Of a stretch of DNA of 28,471 nt, positions 9,865 through 19,066 are shown piece by piece. The stretch lies in IMG/VR virus record IMGVR_UViG_3300020369_000015, positions 1 through 28,471 of that record; one strand, 5' to 3'. How positions within the stretch are numbered: position 1 is the first letter of the stretch; every line of letters starts with the position of its first letter. Under the pieces are notes generated by a model that had not been told where the DNA came from, did not search any database, and saw only the letters and a program-made list of their open reading frames with translations. A program made the position numbers and the translations under genes. Source of the stretch: a virus. Its lineage: Duplodnaviria; Caudoviricetes.

Positions 9865-10785
9865 TTAGATAACTGCCGTCATCAGGTAACCCAAATCCGG
9901 TGCGGTGATAATTTCTTTCACCGATTCACCCGAACGGTTACGCATGCCGCCCTTGTAACCAATCGATTTATCTTCATCAGCACCAGCCATGCGGTCGCCA
10001 TACTGCGCCGTAAAGCCGAAAGTGGTGCCGCGACGGGTATCAACGATATCCTCATGATAAGACAGCAACAGGTTGTTACCCCAAGCGCGTTGCAGGTTGG
10101 CGGCCTGGCCTTTTTTCGCAGCATTAACAAATGCCTCACCCACGTTGATTTCTTCCAACTCAAACAAATCGGCGATTTGTTGACGCGAGGCAATACCTGC
10201 ATCACCGGAATTGCCATGAACCGCTTTGTTAATCAACGGATGACGCGATAATGCACTAAAGGCTTTGCGGCCGATGGTCATTTTGGTACCACGCATCACC
10301 ATGGAGTCGAGCGCATTGGTTATAATTTCCACCGGATCGGAGCCGTCAGCGGTAAATTTATCACCCGCCGCCAGGGTTTCTTTGTTGGACGTTGCATAGT
10401 TGCTGGCGTCAAACACCAGGTTTGCCGTTCTGACTTCGCGGTCCAGCAAAATCAGGTTGGTCAGGTACTCGGTTGATACTTCAAGCGGGTCGTAATTTTC
10501 CGGCGCCTGGTCGATATCATCCATTGGAATAGGATCGTCCAGCGCAAAATCTTCAGTGCTCGCCGTTTCTTCACTGGCTGAGAACGTCACTTCATTAACC
10601 TTGCCGCGACGGCCCGTTTTGGTTTTGGGTACCGTAAAACCATCAGCCAGGTTATGCAGTAAATACTTAAATTCGGATTTGGCTACCGGTACACGCGGCA
10701 GAACACGATCAGCGATGAGACGTTTGTTTTGATACGCGATAGCAATCGCGGTCATCACCGGATCAAAAGGGAAAGGGGTACGCAT
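9865..10785 (-). CDS. Major capsid protein (gpE-like)
   Basis: 306 aa; DPVMTAIAIAYQN..IADRVLPRVPV, ITAPDLGYL motifs; synteny. Confidence 0.9.
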   Translation of the reverse strand: MRTPFPFDPVMTAIAIAYQNKRLIADRVLPRVPVAKSEFKYLLHNLADGFTVPKTKTGRRGKVNEVTFSASEETASTEDFALDDPIPMDDIDQAPENYDPLEVSTEYLTNLILLDREVRTANLVFDASNYATSNKETLAAGDKFTADGSDPVEIITNALDSMVMRGTKMTIGRKAFSALSRHPLINKAVHGNSGDAGIASRQQIADLFELEEINVGEAFVNAAKKGQAANLQRAWGNNLLLSYHEDIVDTRRGTTFGFTAQYGDRMAGADEDKSIGYKGGMRNRSGESVKEIITAPDLGYLMTAVI

Positions 10786-10814
10786 AGTATTATTCCTTAA
10801 TCGTTATCGATTCG

Positions 10815-11195
10815 TTACGCTGCGCCTTGCAGCACACCAGGGAGGGCCAGATATTCGCCGATATCACCGTCCACACCATCCACTTCGGCATAGCCAGCAA
10901 TAAACACATTTGCACCGGCGGCGGGCTCGGCTTTAACCGCCTTGCCATCGGCGCCCGCGGTGAGCGGATCGCCTTTGGTGACCGTGCCACCAAATTGCAC
11001 CAGCGGGATCCCGCTGCGCACGATATCGGCCGGCTCGCCGGTTTTTACATCGAGCTCACCGTTAACACCTGCAATGAATGCGCTGCCATCGGTCGCCGCG
11101 ACCACGGACTCATCGGCGGTGCCAAACTTAGTGAGTCGAAAAGCGGCAATATCCGCCTCGGCGGATTTGGTTGTAATGTCTCCACGAAAACCCAT
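10815..11195 (-). CDS. Capsid decoration/cement protein (DUF2190-like)
   Basis: 126 aa from ATG 11195; GGTVTKGDPLTAGADGKAV motif; between protease and capsid. Confidence 0.8.
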   Translation of the reverse strand: MGFRGDITTKSAEADIAAFRLTKFGTADESVVAATDGSAFIAGVNGELDVKTGEPADIVRSGIPLVQFGGTVTKGDPLTAGADGKAVKAEPAAGANVFIAGYAEVDGVDGDIGEYLALPGVLQGAA

Positions 11196-11196
11196 C

Positions 11197-12522
11197 TTAG
11201 TTCCCCTTATACTGTTGTTTAACCTGTGCCATGGCCTGACGTAAGGACAACTGCTTGCCCTGACTTTCTGCCTGGGCAATCAAATCGTTTGCCTCGCTGG
11301 CTAACTGTTTAGCCCCTGGCATTGCCGGTTTATCGGACTGATTATCCGACGCATTCGGCGCGGGTGCCGGGGCATCCTCGTCGAGCTCAGCGGCAATTTT
11401 TGCTTGCTGGGCTTTTTCTGCTTTCAGCACTTGCACCGCGGCCTCCGGGCCAGTCGTTTGGCCATCGAACGCCAGTTTTTGGATCAAATCTTCATGACCG
11501 GTCATTGACTGCTCAAGCACCGCCAAAATGCGACCGCGCTCATTTTCTGCACCGATGGCCTCCCCGTCCGCACGCAATGCAGCGGCAATTTCAGGGTGAT
11601 CATTGGCGACTTGCTCTTTAGTTAACATAAGAGAGTCCTTAGTTGTTGAGTGGTTAGAATCCGCGCGAATATGGCGGTTTTGTTGAGGTGCGGGGCTTGC
11701 TTCGACCATTTCCGAAAGCAATTGATCAAAGGTTTTTTTACCATCAACCAATCCCGCGTCAATCGCCTGCTGCCCGGTAAAGGTCCGGCCATCGGCCATG
11801 TTATCAATGACCTGTTCAACCGATACGCTCCGGTGAGCCGCGACCGTTTCAGTAAACAAACCATAAATATAATCGACCTGCGCTTGCAGTGTCTCTTTGC
11901 CCTCATCGGTCAGCGGACTGTGAATTGAGGCAATCCGTTTGAATTTCCCGGCACTGATGTCGGTGCGTTTAATGCCGATCTTTTCGTCACGCTTGGAAAT
12001 GTCGATGTGCGTTTGCACGACGCCGATACTGCCCACCATAGTGGTGCTGGAATCGATATAAATCTCATTGGCCGCCGATCCGGCCCAATAGGCGGCCGAG
12101 GCCATCACCGAGGTCGCCAGAGAGACCGTGCGTTTTGTGCGCGCCGCAGCGGCTATCGCATCACCGAGTTGCTCTGTGCCGTCCACGGTACCGCCCGGGG
12201 AATCCCACACCAACAACACACTATTGACCGCCGGAGAATTCACGGCAGTATTAATTTGCTCGATAATTTCTCGCGTGGACGTGCCACCGCCGCCAAATAA
12301 CTGGGTGAAAAAATCCACCTCACGGGCCATCACGCCCTCAATAGTGATCACGGCGACCCCGTCAATTACTTGCATCGGCCTGGCCGCCTGAAAATCATCA
12401 AGCATAAAAAACGCCTCGGGCTTTGAGGCGTTTTTCTCGGTGTAGAGGGCCTGTTCTTTTAACATTGAATCAAGCGATCGCGGCAACATGGACCACAACT
12501 TGTCACTATAATTACGTAGCAT
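11197..12522 (-). CDS. S49 prohead protease with C-terminal scaffold (gpC/Nu3-like)
   Basis: DSPGG, MASAAYW, VGSIGV, AGKFK motifs; ATG 12522 with CAGGAG RBS. Confidence 0.93.
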   Translation of the reverse strand: MLRNYSDKLWSMLPRSLDSMLKEQALYTEKNASKPEAFFMLDDFQAARPMQVIDGVAVITIEGVMAREVDFFTQLFGGGGTSTREIIEQINTAVNSPAVNSVLLVWDSPGGTVDGTEQLGDAIAAAARTKRTVSLATSVMASAAYWAGSAANEIYIDSSTTMVGSIGVVQTHIDISKRDEKIGIKRTDISAGKFKRIASIHSPLTDEGKETLQAQVDYIYGLFTETVAAHRSVSVEQVIDNMADGRTFTGQQAIDAGLVDGKKTFDQLLSEMVEASPAPQQNRHIRADSNHSTTKDSLMLTKEQVANDHPEIAAALRADGEAIGAENERGRILAVLEQSMTGHEDLIQKLAFDGQTTGPEAAVQVLKAEKAQQAKIAAELDEDAPAPAPNASDNQSDKPAMPGAKQLASEANDLIAQAESQGKQLSLRQAMAQVKQQYKGN

Positions 12523-14086
12523 TGTTTGCTCCTGAATTGTCGTCGGCGTCATCGTCTGACCGCGAGGGTTCGGCGCTGCCAGCATTGGCAGGCTGCCCCC
12601 CGTTCGCCAACTCTTTATTACGTTGGCGCACGGTTTTCTCCCAGTCGCCGCCATCGTAAGCCGCTTTCTCCTGGGCGAGACTGGTCAGTTTAATGTCCAT
12701 GCGTTTCTCGGCGGCGCTGGCCTCTTTGAGTGGGTCGAGTGAGCCCATGCCGTCACCGTGCCAGGTTGCCCCGCAATACGCTTTTCTGATCATCGGATCA
12801 GTAAAGAAACCCGGCGCATTAATGCGCCCAATGGCGACAGCTTCGGTCAACCAGGTCTCATAGATGGGCTGACAAAACATGCTGGCCAGCCATTTACGGC
12901 GGCGCAGAAAGAAACGCCAGGCATCTTGCAGTGCTGCCTTAGCGGCACTGTAAGAGCTGGTAAAACTTTTCATCAGCACTTCAAGGGGAATTTCAAGCGC
13001 AATACCAACCTGCTTTAAAATCGCATATACAAACGGGTCGAATTCTGAATTGGGGCGGCCGGGGTTAATGATCTCGATACTGTCACCGGGTAATCCCTCG
13101 ACAATGTTACCGGTCCCCAGCGAGTAATCGCGCGGCGTGTTGTGCTTTTGACTGGCGGCGTTGGATATCGACTCTGGACCGAGCATAGAGCCCTGCCCGT
13201 CCTCGGTTTTAATAAAAACCGTAAACATACTGGACACAACCGCCGACATTAATTCCGCGTCAGTATAGCGACCGAGCTGCTTTAACGGCTCAATCACCGG
13301 TGTTAAATACGGCATCCCCCGGTTTTGGCCTGGCCGTCGGCGCTCAAACAAGTGTATGACATTGCGCCGGCCGGTTTTTGCGCCAAACGCCGCATAGGTT
13401 TCCCAGGCTCGCTTATCACGTTTTAAACTACCTGGATGAACGGTTAAGATATCGTATTCGACCGGCGCACCGTGCTCATCCAGGTGAATGCCGGCCACAA
13501 TTTTATTGTTATCGGGTTTATCATCCCGATTGCACACACGGTCGGCTTCAATCATTTGCACACGGGTTTTATACGGCATGCCTTTGACTGGAACCGAGGG
13601 CAACAAACTAAAACTGTCACCATTGGTTAAGGCGCCGCGAAACGCCAAATCCTGCAGGCCGGCAAAGTTTTGGGTCCGGGTCAGATCACAATCCTGACTT
13701 TCTGACCACAATCGAAACTCACGTTCAGCGTGATTCTGCCAGCGCGTGACCGCATCATCATCTAATCCGAGAAAATCCCCATCAATGGCACTTTGCAGGG
13801 TTAATCCACCGCCCACCACATTACTGACCACCGTGTTGATAGCCCCATGGGCCAACGGGTGATTGCGTTCCAGGTCGCGACTGCGTTCGCGCAGCGTTTT
13901 TAAATCGGGGATTAAGTCAGCATCCGCGCTGTTATGCGTGGTGCGCCAGTTTTTAAAAGACGCGCCAGTTTTCTTAGCGCCAGAAAAGCCGCCAAGGGCA
14001 GACATCGAGTTGCGCGCATGGACTCGGCGCATCCCCTCGACCGGGTTAAAGTACCCGACCACACGGTCTAAAAAATTCGGTTTCAT
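12512..14086 (-). CDS. Portal protein, lambda family
   Basis: LRERSRDLERN, VIHLFERRRPGQNRGMP, SYSAAKAAL, LDPLKE motifs. Confidence 0.95.
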   Translation of the reverse strand: MKPNFLDRVVGYFNPVEGMRRVHARNSMSALGGFSGAKKTGASFKNWRTTHNSADADLIPDLKTLRERSRDLERNHPLAHGAINTVVSNVVGGGLTLQSAIDGDFLGLDDDAVTRWQNHAEREFRLWSESQDCDLTRTQNFAGLQDLAFRGALTNGDSFSLLPSVPVKGMPYKTRVQMIEADRVCNRDDKPDNNKIVAGIHLDEHGAPVEYDILTVHPGSLKRDKRAWETYAAFGAKTGRRNVIHLFERRRPGQNRGMPYLTPVIEPLKQLGRYTDAELMSAVVSSMFTVFIKTEDGQGSMLGPESISNAASQKHNTPRDYSLGTGNIVEGLPGDSIEIINPGRPNSEFDPFVYAILKQVGIALEIPLEVLMKSFTSSYSAAKAALQDAWRFFLRRRKWLASMFCQPIYETWLTEAVAIGRINAPGFFTDPMIRKAYCGATWHGDGMGSLDPLKEASAAEKRMDIKLTSLAQEKAAYDGGDWEKTVRQRNKELANGGQPANAGSAEPSRSDDDADDNSGANNAT

Positions 14087-14304
14087 GAGGGCAGCACCAC
14101 CCGCGACACGCCGCGGCGACGACCACCGGATAAACGTTGCACCCAGTTATTCCAGTATTCAATTTTAGCGGTAATTTGATCGGCATCGGCGCGGGTCAGC
14201 GTTAAACCCTCGTGGGAGTAGCTCTGGCTGCGGCTGACCATATCCTCAGCTTTTAACCAGCCCTCTAGTTTTGCTTGTGCGACTTCGAGTGTGATCCCCG
14301 GCAT
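14083..14304 (-). CDS. Head completion protein (gpW position)
   Basis: 73 aa, QSYSHEGLTLTRAD; between terminase and portal. Confidence 0.75.
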   Translation of the reverse strand: MPGITLEVAQAKLEGWLKAEDMVSRSQSYSHEGLTLTRADADQITAKIEYWNNWVQRLSGGRRRGVSRVVLPS

Positions 14305-16361
14305 TACATTTCAACTCCAGAATTAATGATTCGGCTGCGGCGCTGATTGGTCGACGGCATTTCCAGCGTCTCGGGTTGCTGGAATAAATCTTTCTGCATC
14401 AGCGTTTTTTCCAACTTATCCCAGGCTGACGGTAACCAGCGGTGAATTTTTAGGTGCCTGGAGGCGTGCAGTGCATACACTTCACAATCCAGTCCCTCGT
14501 TTCTGACGCCGCTTTTTGGCTGCCAGCGCAGCTTGCCACGGTGCGGAATTTTCACCTCTGACATTAACTGCTCGAAATAGTCAGAGCGAACGCCAGCATA
14601 CCAGTGCATCCGACCCGGGCCGTTCCCCTCAAGTGAGACGCGCCCTTTTTCGCCAATCAGCAAATCCTTGGCGCGCTGGGTACCAACCAGATACACATGC
14701 AGGCCTTTAGCGGCCGCTTTGGTTTGTGATTTGTGATCAATGGCTTTGGGTCGGTTATAAATCTCACGATCCCCGGTGTCATTGGACGCACCCTTAATTG
14801 CCATAACCCCGTATTTTTGCCGGGGTCGTACCCAGTCATAGACCTGTTCTGACGTGTTGCCGTCTGAGGCATCTATGCTCACCGCCGTGACCGACAGGCT
14901 AAACCCATTTTCGTGGGGTATTGGGGAAAATAAAAGGTTGTGCAAATCGCGCCAGACCGGATCATTCACATCCGTGGTGGACTTTTTAGCGGGCAACTCG
15001 CCCCAGTAAACGAGGTAACTTTCCTCGCCTCGACCCCAGGCCCGGATAATGACCGCGAGACGGTCTTTTTGCACATCCACACCGGCCGTGAGGACCAGAC
15101 CGCCCGCGGGGACAGTCAATTCAGCGTAATCCTCGACGCGCTCGGCCAGCACATCGGCCTCCGGCGCATCACTTTCGTATTCATAGGTTTTGCCGAGTTT
15201 TTGATTAACAAACTTGATCATCATCGACTGGTCGCCGAGCTCTGAGCGATGCTTAGCGTTTAAGTATTCACGCACAACCATCGACAGCGAGGTGCCCGGG
15301 ACGCATGCATACAACTCACTTAACCCAGTAAAACCGGCAACGCCGTTGCTTTTTCGGGTGGGCACCCAACCACACAGCGGGTCGCCCTTATCCATGGCGT
15401 TAAAAACCGTGTCGACGATGTTTTTCTGGCGCTGGTAATCATCCCAGTGATCACCACAATCCGGACAAACATAAACGGCAGACTCTGGATCGTTAAACCC
15501 AAACACCTCATGGCGCTCGGTCATCACCTCACCGGTGGCCGGGTCGACCGGCACATCATCACTGCCCTTGCCTGGCCACTCGACATTGTCAAAATCGAGC
15601 ACATGGGAATGGCCGCAGGTATGACACACCACAGGAAGCACCCGCGCATCAGATTGGGCAATGCGGGCCTCGGTTTTTGAAAACCCTTTAACCGCTGGCG
15701 TACCGCCGACGATCAACTTTTTATTCCCGACGTAACGTTTTAACCGCTCCTCGGTTAAGCCGATAGCATCGCCCTGCTCTTTTACATCGTCGCTGGTATC
15801 GTCGGGTTCCTCGATAAAGGCAACACCCACCGATGAGGTCGATTTTACGTTACCCGGTGAGTTGGATCCGACCAACTTTAAAAATCCGCCAGGGAAGTTT
15901 TTAAAATCCCAGCGATTACCCGCCGCGCGCGAGGTGGTCACGTCGACCACGTCCATGACTTCCGGGTTTGCTTCAACGGTTTTTTTCAGCTTTTCATCGT
16001 GAAACGCCTTGCCGTCTTTTTCTTTTGCAAACACCCCCAGGATAGGACACGGGTCGGTTTTGATGCGCTTTAAAATGTAGCCGATAATAAAATAGGTCCA
16101 GCCAATCTGGCTGGCTTTCATCAAATCGACTTCGTACACGTTCGGATCATCAAGCGCGGCCGCCACTCCTAAAAAATACGGCGCCCGTTCAAACTGGTAC
16201 CCACCGGCAAAGCCTGTCACATCCGGCAAACTGTATTCACCGGACATAAAATCGACAGTTTTAACGACCCTCGGCGGGTTGAACTGTCTCGCTACTTTCT
16301 CGATAAGGCTCTGCAGATTTTTCTGCAAAGCGCCTAACTCGGTCGATTGTAGTTCCAACAA
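14304..16361 (-). CDS. Terminase large subunit (gpA family)
   Basis: MKASQIGWT Walker A variant, two CxxC motifs, LTAGVDVQKDR, RNEGLDCEVYA; exact start uncertain. Confidence 0.96.
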   Translation of the reverse strand: MLELQSTELGALQKNLQSLIEKVARQFNPPRVVKTVDFMSGEYSLPDVTGFAGGYQFERAPYFLGVAAALDDPNVYEVDLMKASQIGWTYFIIGYILKRIKTDPCPILGVFAKEKDGKAFHDEKLKKTVEANPEVMDVVDVTTSRAAGNRWDFKNFPGGFLKLVGSNSPGNVKSTSSVGVAFIEEPDDTSDDVKEQGDAIGLTEERLKRYVGNKKLIVGGTPAVKGFSKTEARIAQSDARVLPVVCHTCGHSHVLDFDNVEWPGKGSDDVPVDPATGEVMTERHEVFGFNDPESAVYVCPDCGDHWDDYQRQKNIVDTVFNAMDKGDPLCGWVPTRKSNGVAGFTGLSELYACVPGTSLSMVVREYLNAKHRSELGDQSMMIKFVNQKLGKTYEYESDAPEADVLAERVEDYAELTVPAGGLVLTAGVDVQKDRLAVIIRAWGRGEESYLVYWGELPAKKSTTDVNDPVWRDLHNLLFSPIPHENGFSLSVTAVSIDASDGNTSEQVYDWVRPRQKYGVMAIKGASNDTGDREIYNRPKAIDHKSQTKAAAKGLHVYLVGTQRAKDLLIGEKGRVSLEGNGPGRMHWYAGVRSDYFEQLMSEVKIPHRGKLRWQPKSGVRNEGLDCEVYALHASRHLKIHRWLPSAWDKLEKTLMQKDLFQQPETLEMPSTNQRRSRIINSGVEM

Positions 16362-16782
16362 ATTCAGTCACCATCGTTCGGTCAATTTCAATGCCATAGC
16401 GGCGTTCTATTTCCATCACCAGGCTGTCGAACCCGCTGCGATATTCTCGGTTGGCATAGCCTGCCCAGCCGGACAATACTTGCTCAACTTCACCGGCAAT
16501 CACCAGCGCCTCCAGCTTTGAAAAATAATCAAGCCGGCCAATGGCGGCTTTGACTTCGGATTCTTCAATGCGAGCGGCGGCCTGCCGGTCCTGCAGTGAT
16601 GAAGCGCGGCCGCCTGCCTCAGTGCGTAGATGTTCGGTGTACTCGGCGATCCACTGACCAAAGGTAGCACCTTTGGTCAGTCGACCCTTGCTGATGTAGG
16701 ATGAAATGCTGGGCTGAGACACACCAACTAACCGAGCAAACCGGGTTTGGTCTGCTGGTTCTGAAAGATTGATGTTGTTCAT
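16261..16782 (-). CDS. Terminase small subunit (Nu1-like)
   Basis: N-terminal HTH (QTRFARLVGVSQPSIS), coiled coil; upstream of large subunit. Confidence 0.85.
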   Translation of the reverse strand: MNNINLSEPADQTRFARLVGVSQPSISSYISKGRLTKGATFGQWIAEYTEHLRTEAGGRASSLQDRQAAARIEESEVKAAIGRLDYFSKLEALVIAGEVEQVLSGWAGYANREYRSGFDSLVMEIERRYGIEIDRTMVTEFVGTTIDRVRRFAEKSAEPYRESSETVQPAEGR

Positions 16783-16836
16783 AGTAAAAGAGACATTATT
16801 ATAACCCCCCTTAGGGGCTCAGCTCTGCAAAAAAAC

Positions 16837-16879
16837 CGGGACACTTATACCCGTATTCCAGATTGCTCCAGAAGGACCC
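16837..16879 (-). promoter_or_regulatory. Putative cos packaging site (cosQ and cosN)
   Basis: Minus strand GGGTCCT (16879-16873, the lambda cosQ heptamer) followed by TACGGG-TATAAGTGT-CCCG dyad upstream of the small terminase gene. Confidence 0.65.
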
Positions 16880-16892
16880 GCGGCCATGTGGA

Positions 16893-17153
16893 TCAATGAC
16901 CTTCGAGCAGGCGGTCGAGTTTTTTGTCAATCGAGTCCAGGCGCTTTTCGACCCGCTTTGAATCTTCAGCGCGCTGGGCCCTGAGAAACTCGATGCTTTG
17001 TTCAGCCTGAATCAATCGTTTATCGAAATCATTGAAGTAAGAGAACGCGGTTACCAGCATAACAATCGTGGTTAGGATGTGGCCTACACTAATCGACTTC
17101 TCAACATGAAACCGCTGATTAACATGGGGCTCCAGTTGTGACATATCACTCAT
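16893..17153 (-). CDS. Lysis-region protein, one TM helix plus coiled coil (holin/XhlA-like?)
   Basis: ISVGHILTTIVMLVTAFSYF hydrophobic segment, then RLDSIDKKLDRLL. Confidence 0.6.
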   Translation of the reverse strand: MSDMSQLEPHVNQRFHVEKSISVGHILTTIVMLVTAFSYFNDFDKRLIQAEQSIEFLRAQRAEDSKRVEKRLDSIDKKLDRLLEGH

Positions 17154-17316
17154 AACCCAGTGCATCCTTAACTGTAACGACTAACTGATCATCAACTTTG
17201 TTGGTTGTTTTACTGGCAATGTAATCCAATAACATAATGATCAATGCACCTACCACTTTCTCAGTGAGCAACTTAGTGAGCAGGCTTTTTAATATAATTA
17301 ACAGCGCCGTTTTCAT
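17146..17316 (-). CDS. Small holin-like protein, 56 aa (not in ORF track)
   Basis: MKTALLIILKSLLTKLLTEKVVGALIIMLLDYIASKTTNKVDDQLVVTVKDALGYE; ATG overlaps the downstream endolysin stop as TAATG. Confidence 0.65.
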   Translation of the reverse strand: MKTALLIILKSLLTKLLTEKVVGALIIMLLDYIASKTTNKVDDQLVVTVKDALGYE

Positions 17317-17729
17317 TACCATTCCCCTGTTCGCATTTGTTCAGCCAGCTCTTTGGCACGGCCGCCAACCTACGTGGCCCAGCGGCTGTCAAGCATTTCA
17401 TCTGCAGCACGTTCGTAGTCATCCATGCTCAGGAAATACAAAAACTGCTTAAATCCTAACAACCCATGCATGCCAAGGTTAAACGCCATATTGATCAGCA
17501 CACCCAAACGGGCGTCACTCAAGCGCTTAACGTGAATATGTTTTCTGACTTGTTCCTCAGCATCAGCCAAATCTTCCAGCAGGATCAAATTAGCGATATC
17601 TTTACTAATACCTTTTGCCTGCAGGTTGTGCCCATAACCAATAGACCAATACCCAGCCGGACATTTGTGAAGATCCAGGCGTTCACCCTCATGCCGCTTA
17701 AGTTGTGCAATGAGTGGCTCGTAACGCAT
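17316..17729 (-). pseudogene. T4-like (GH24) endolysin interrupted by in-frame TAG at 17370-17372 (nonsense allele, readthrough, or sequence error)
   Basis: LKRHEG...IGYGHNL...NMAFNLG...DSRWAT*VGGRAKELAEQMRTGEW*; the conserved C-terminus continues past the TAG. Confidence 0.85.
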
Positions 17730-17743
17730 GGGAGTCCTTAACG

Positions 17744-17770
17744 AAAAAAGCCCCGCTCAATGAACGGGGC
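17744..17770 (-). terminator. Intrinsic terminator in late leader
   Basis: GCCCCG-TTCATTGAG-CGGGGC followed by T6 on the minus strand. Confidence 0.75.
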
Positions 17771-17821
17771 AAAAGGTACTGGGAACACTGTCTGTCGGAA
17801 TAAACACACAAAATCGAGCAT

Positions 17822-17854
17822 AAAAAAAGGCCGCCTTAATGAGCGACCTTTTTT
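17822..17854 (-). terminator. Intrinsic, possibly bidirectional, terminator (tR'-like)
   Basis: A6-GGTCGC-loop-GCGGCC-T7 just downstream of the late promoter. Confidence 0.75.
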
Positions 17855-17887
17855 ATAAACGCAATTTTCGTGAGCTTACGGGAAATC

Positions 17888-17916
17888 ACTATAAAGATCC
17901 GCGCGGATCAAATCAA
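17888..17916 (-). promoter_or_regulatory. Late promoter (pR'-like)
   Basis: TTGATT-17 bp-TATAGT just after Q, facing terminators and lysis genes. Confidence 0.75.
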
Positions 17917-17924
17917 GCGCTTTT

Positions 17925-18284
17925 TTAAGCAGAAATACTAAAATTATCTGCGGTCAGCGTTTTGATACTGCCATCCACCCACGCCACCGCCGCAGTATGT
18001 AAGGCTCTGGCGCGTGTTTCGCCGCACTTAATCGCATTGGCCACCATAGGAAAATTATAATCATCCCGGTAGTAAATCAGTAAAATTTGCTTTAACACCG
18101 GGTGACTGCTACCCATCTCAGCGATGATCTTATCCATCACCAGCGCCATATCATCCGAAATCAGTGCCACATTGGTGTAATCACCTCGCCCGATGTTCAA
18201 TTTCAGGCTAATGCGAGACCAGCGGCCCCACTGCTGCAGTAGCATTTCTGTTTGCTTAGTATCGAAAATTACGCCATTCGTCAT
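17925..18284 (-). CDS. Late antiterminator Q family protein
   Basis: LLQQWGRW...ISDDMAL...AVAWVDG pattern; before late promoter. Confidence 0.85.
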   Translation of the reverse strand: MTNGVIFDTKQTEMLLQQWGRWSRISLKLNIGRGDYTNVALISDDMALVMDKIIAEMGSSHPVLKQILLIYYRDDYNFPMVANAIKCGETRARALHTAAVAWVDGSIKTLTADNFSISA

Positions 18285-19066
18285 GCTACTTTGCCCTCAG
18301 TGTCATCGTGATTGCTAATAAACCGTTTTTTTACTTTTTCGCCCAGGGCTTTCATGCGCAGGCTGAGCGAATCATCGCCCTGCACAATCGGGCCGTGTTG
18401 CTCGATATACTGCTCAATTCTGGCTTTGTGGTTCGGCACATAGGGCAATGCTTTGCGGGCCGGCGGCAAATCGCCATTCATAAAGCGATTTACCCAATAC
18501 TCATACTCACCGGCAAACAGCGCGGCAAAGTCTGATTCTTTCATGCCCTTTTCATACATCCGGTAACCGATGCGTTCGTCCACCACTTCCAGCACCCGGT
18601 GGCTGTAGGTAAAATCCTGACCACGGTATTTACTGCGTCGCGTGATCAGCTCAGCCAATGCCGATGGCGTATCCTTGAGCCCCAATTCCTCGGGCGTTGG
18701 TAAGCATAATTTTGCAAACTCGGTCGGGTTCGGGCGGTATTTTTGCTGGGTTGCTTTTAACATACCGGCTTTAATCTGCGCCGTATTGGTTACCCCTTTC
18801 AGCGTGATTTGCTTGGCATACTCACCCATCACAAAACGCTGCAAGGATTCATCCGGATACTTGTTGGTAAACTCGCGCCAGTATTCCATCATCACCGGCA
18901 GCAGGTTACTCATGCAAAACTCTAATATCCGATCACGCTTCGTCTGAAAAGTCGAAGTCTCCAACACCGATACCGGCTTGCGCGCGCTCTCTGCAGCGCC
19001 CGAGTGTTTCAGCTGTTGCGTTTCGGTATTGACCGCCTGTTGTGCCATTGCGTTGATTGACTTCAT
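18281..19066 (-). CDS. Replication protein P-like (helicase loader)
   Basis: QIKAGM...PNPTEFAKLCLP..LGL...LF..EY motifs; follows initiator. Confidence 0.7.
   Translation of the reverse strand: MKSINAMAQQAVNTETQQLKHSGAAESARKPVSVLETSTFQTKRDRILEFCMSNLLPVMMEYWREFTNKYPDESLQRFVMGEYAKQITLKGVTNTAQIKAGMLKATQQKYRPNPTEFAKLCLPTPEELGLKDTPSALAELITRRSKYRGQDFTYSHRVLEVVDERIGYRMYEKGMKESDFAALFAGEYEYWVNRFMNGDLPPARKALPYVPNHKARIEQYIEQHGPIVQGDDSLSLRMKALGEKVKKRFISNHDDTEGKVA

Noticed and set aside
693-16521. Numerous short plus-strand and alternate-frame ORFs in the structural operon
   Set aside because: Shadows of GC-rich minus-strand genes with no recognisable motifs
17314-17322. Holin dual start (Met-Val-Met)
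   Set aside because: No Lys/Arg between the starts, and the first ATG lies within the endolysin's natural last codons; TAATG coupling explains the second start
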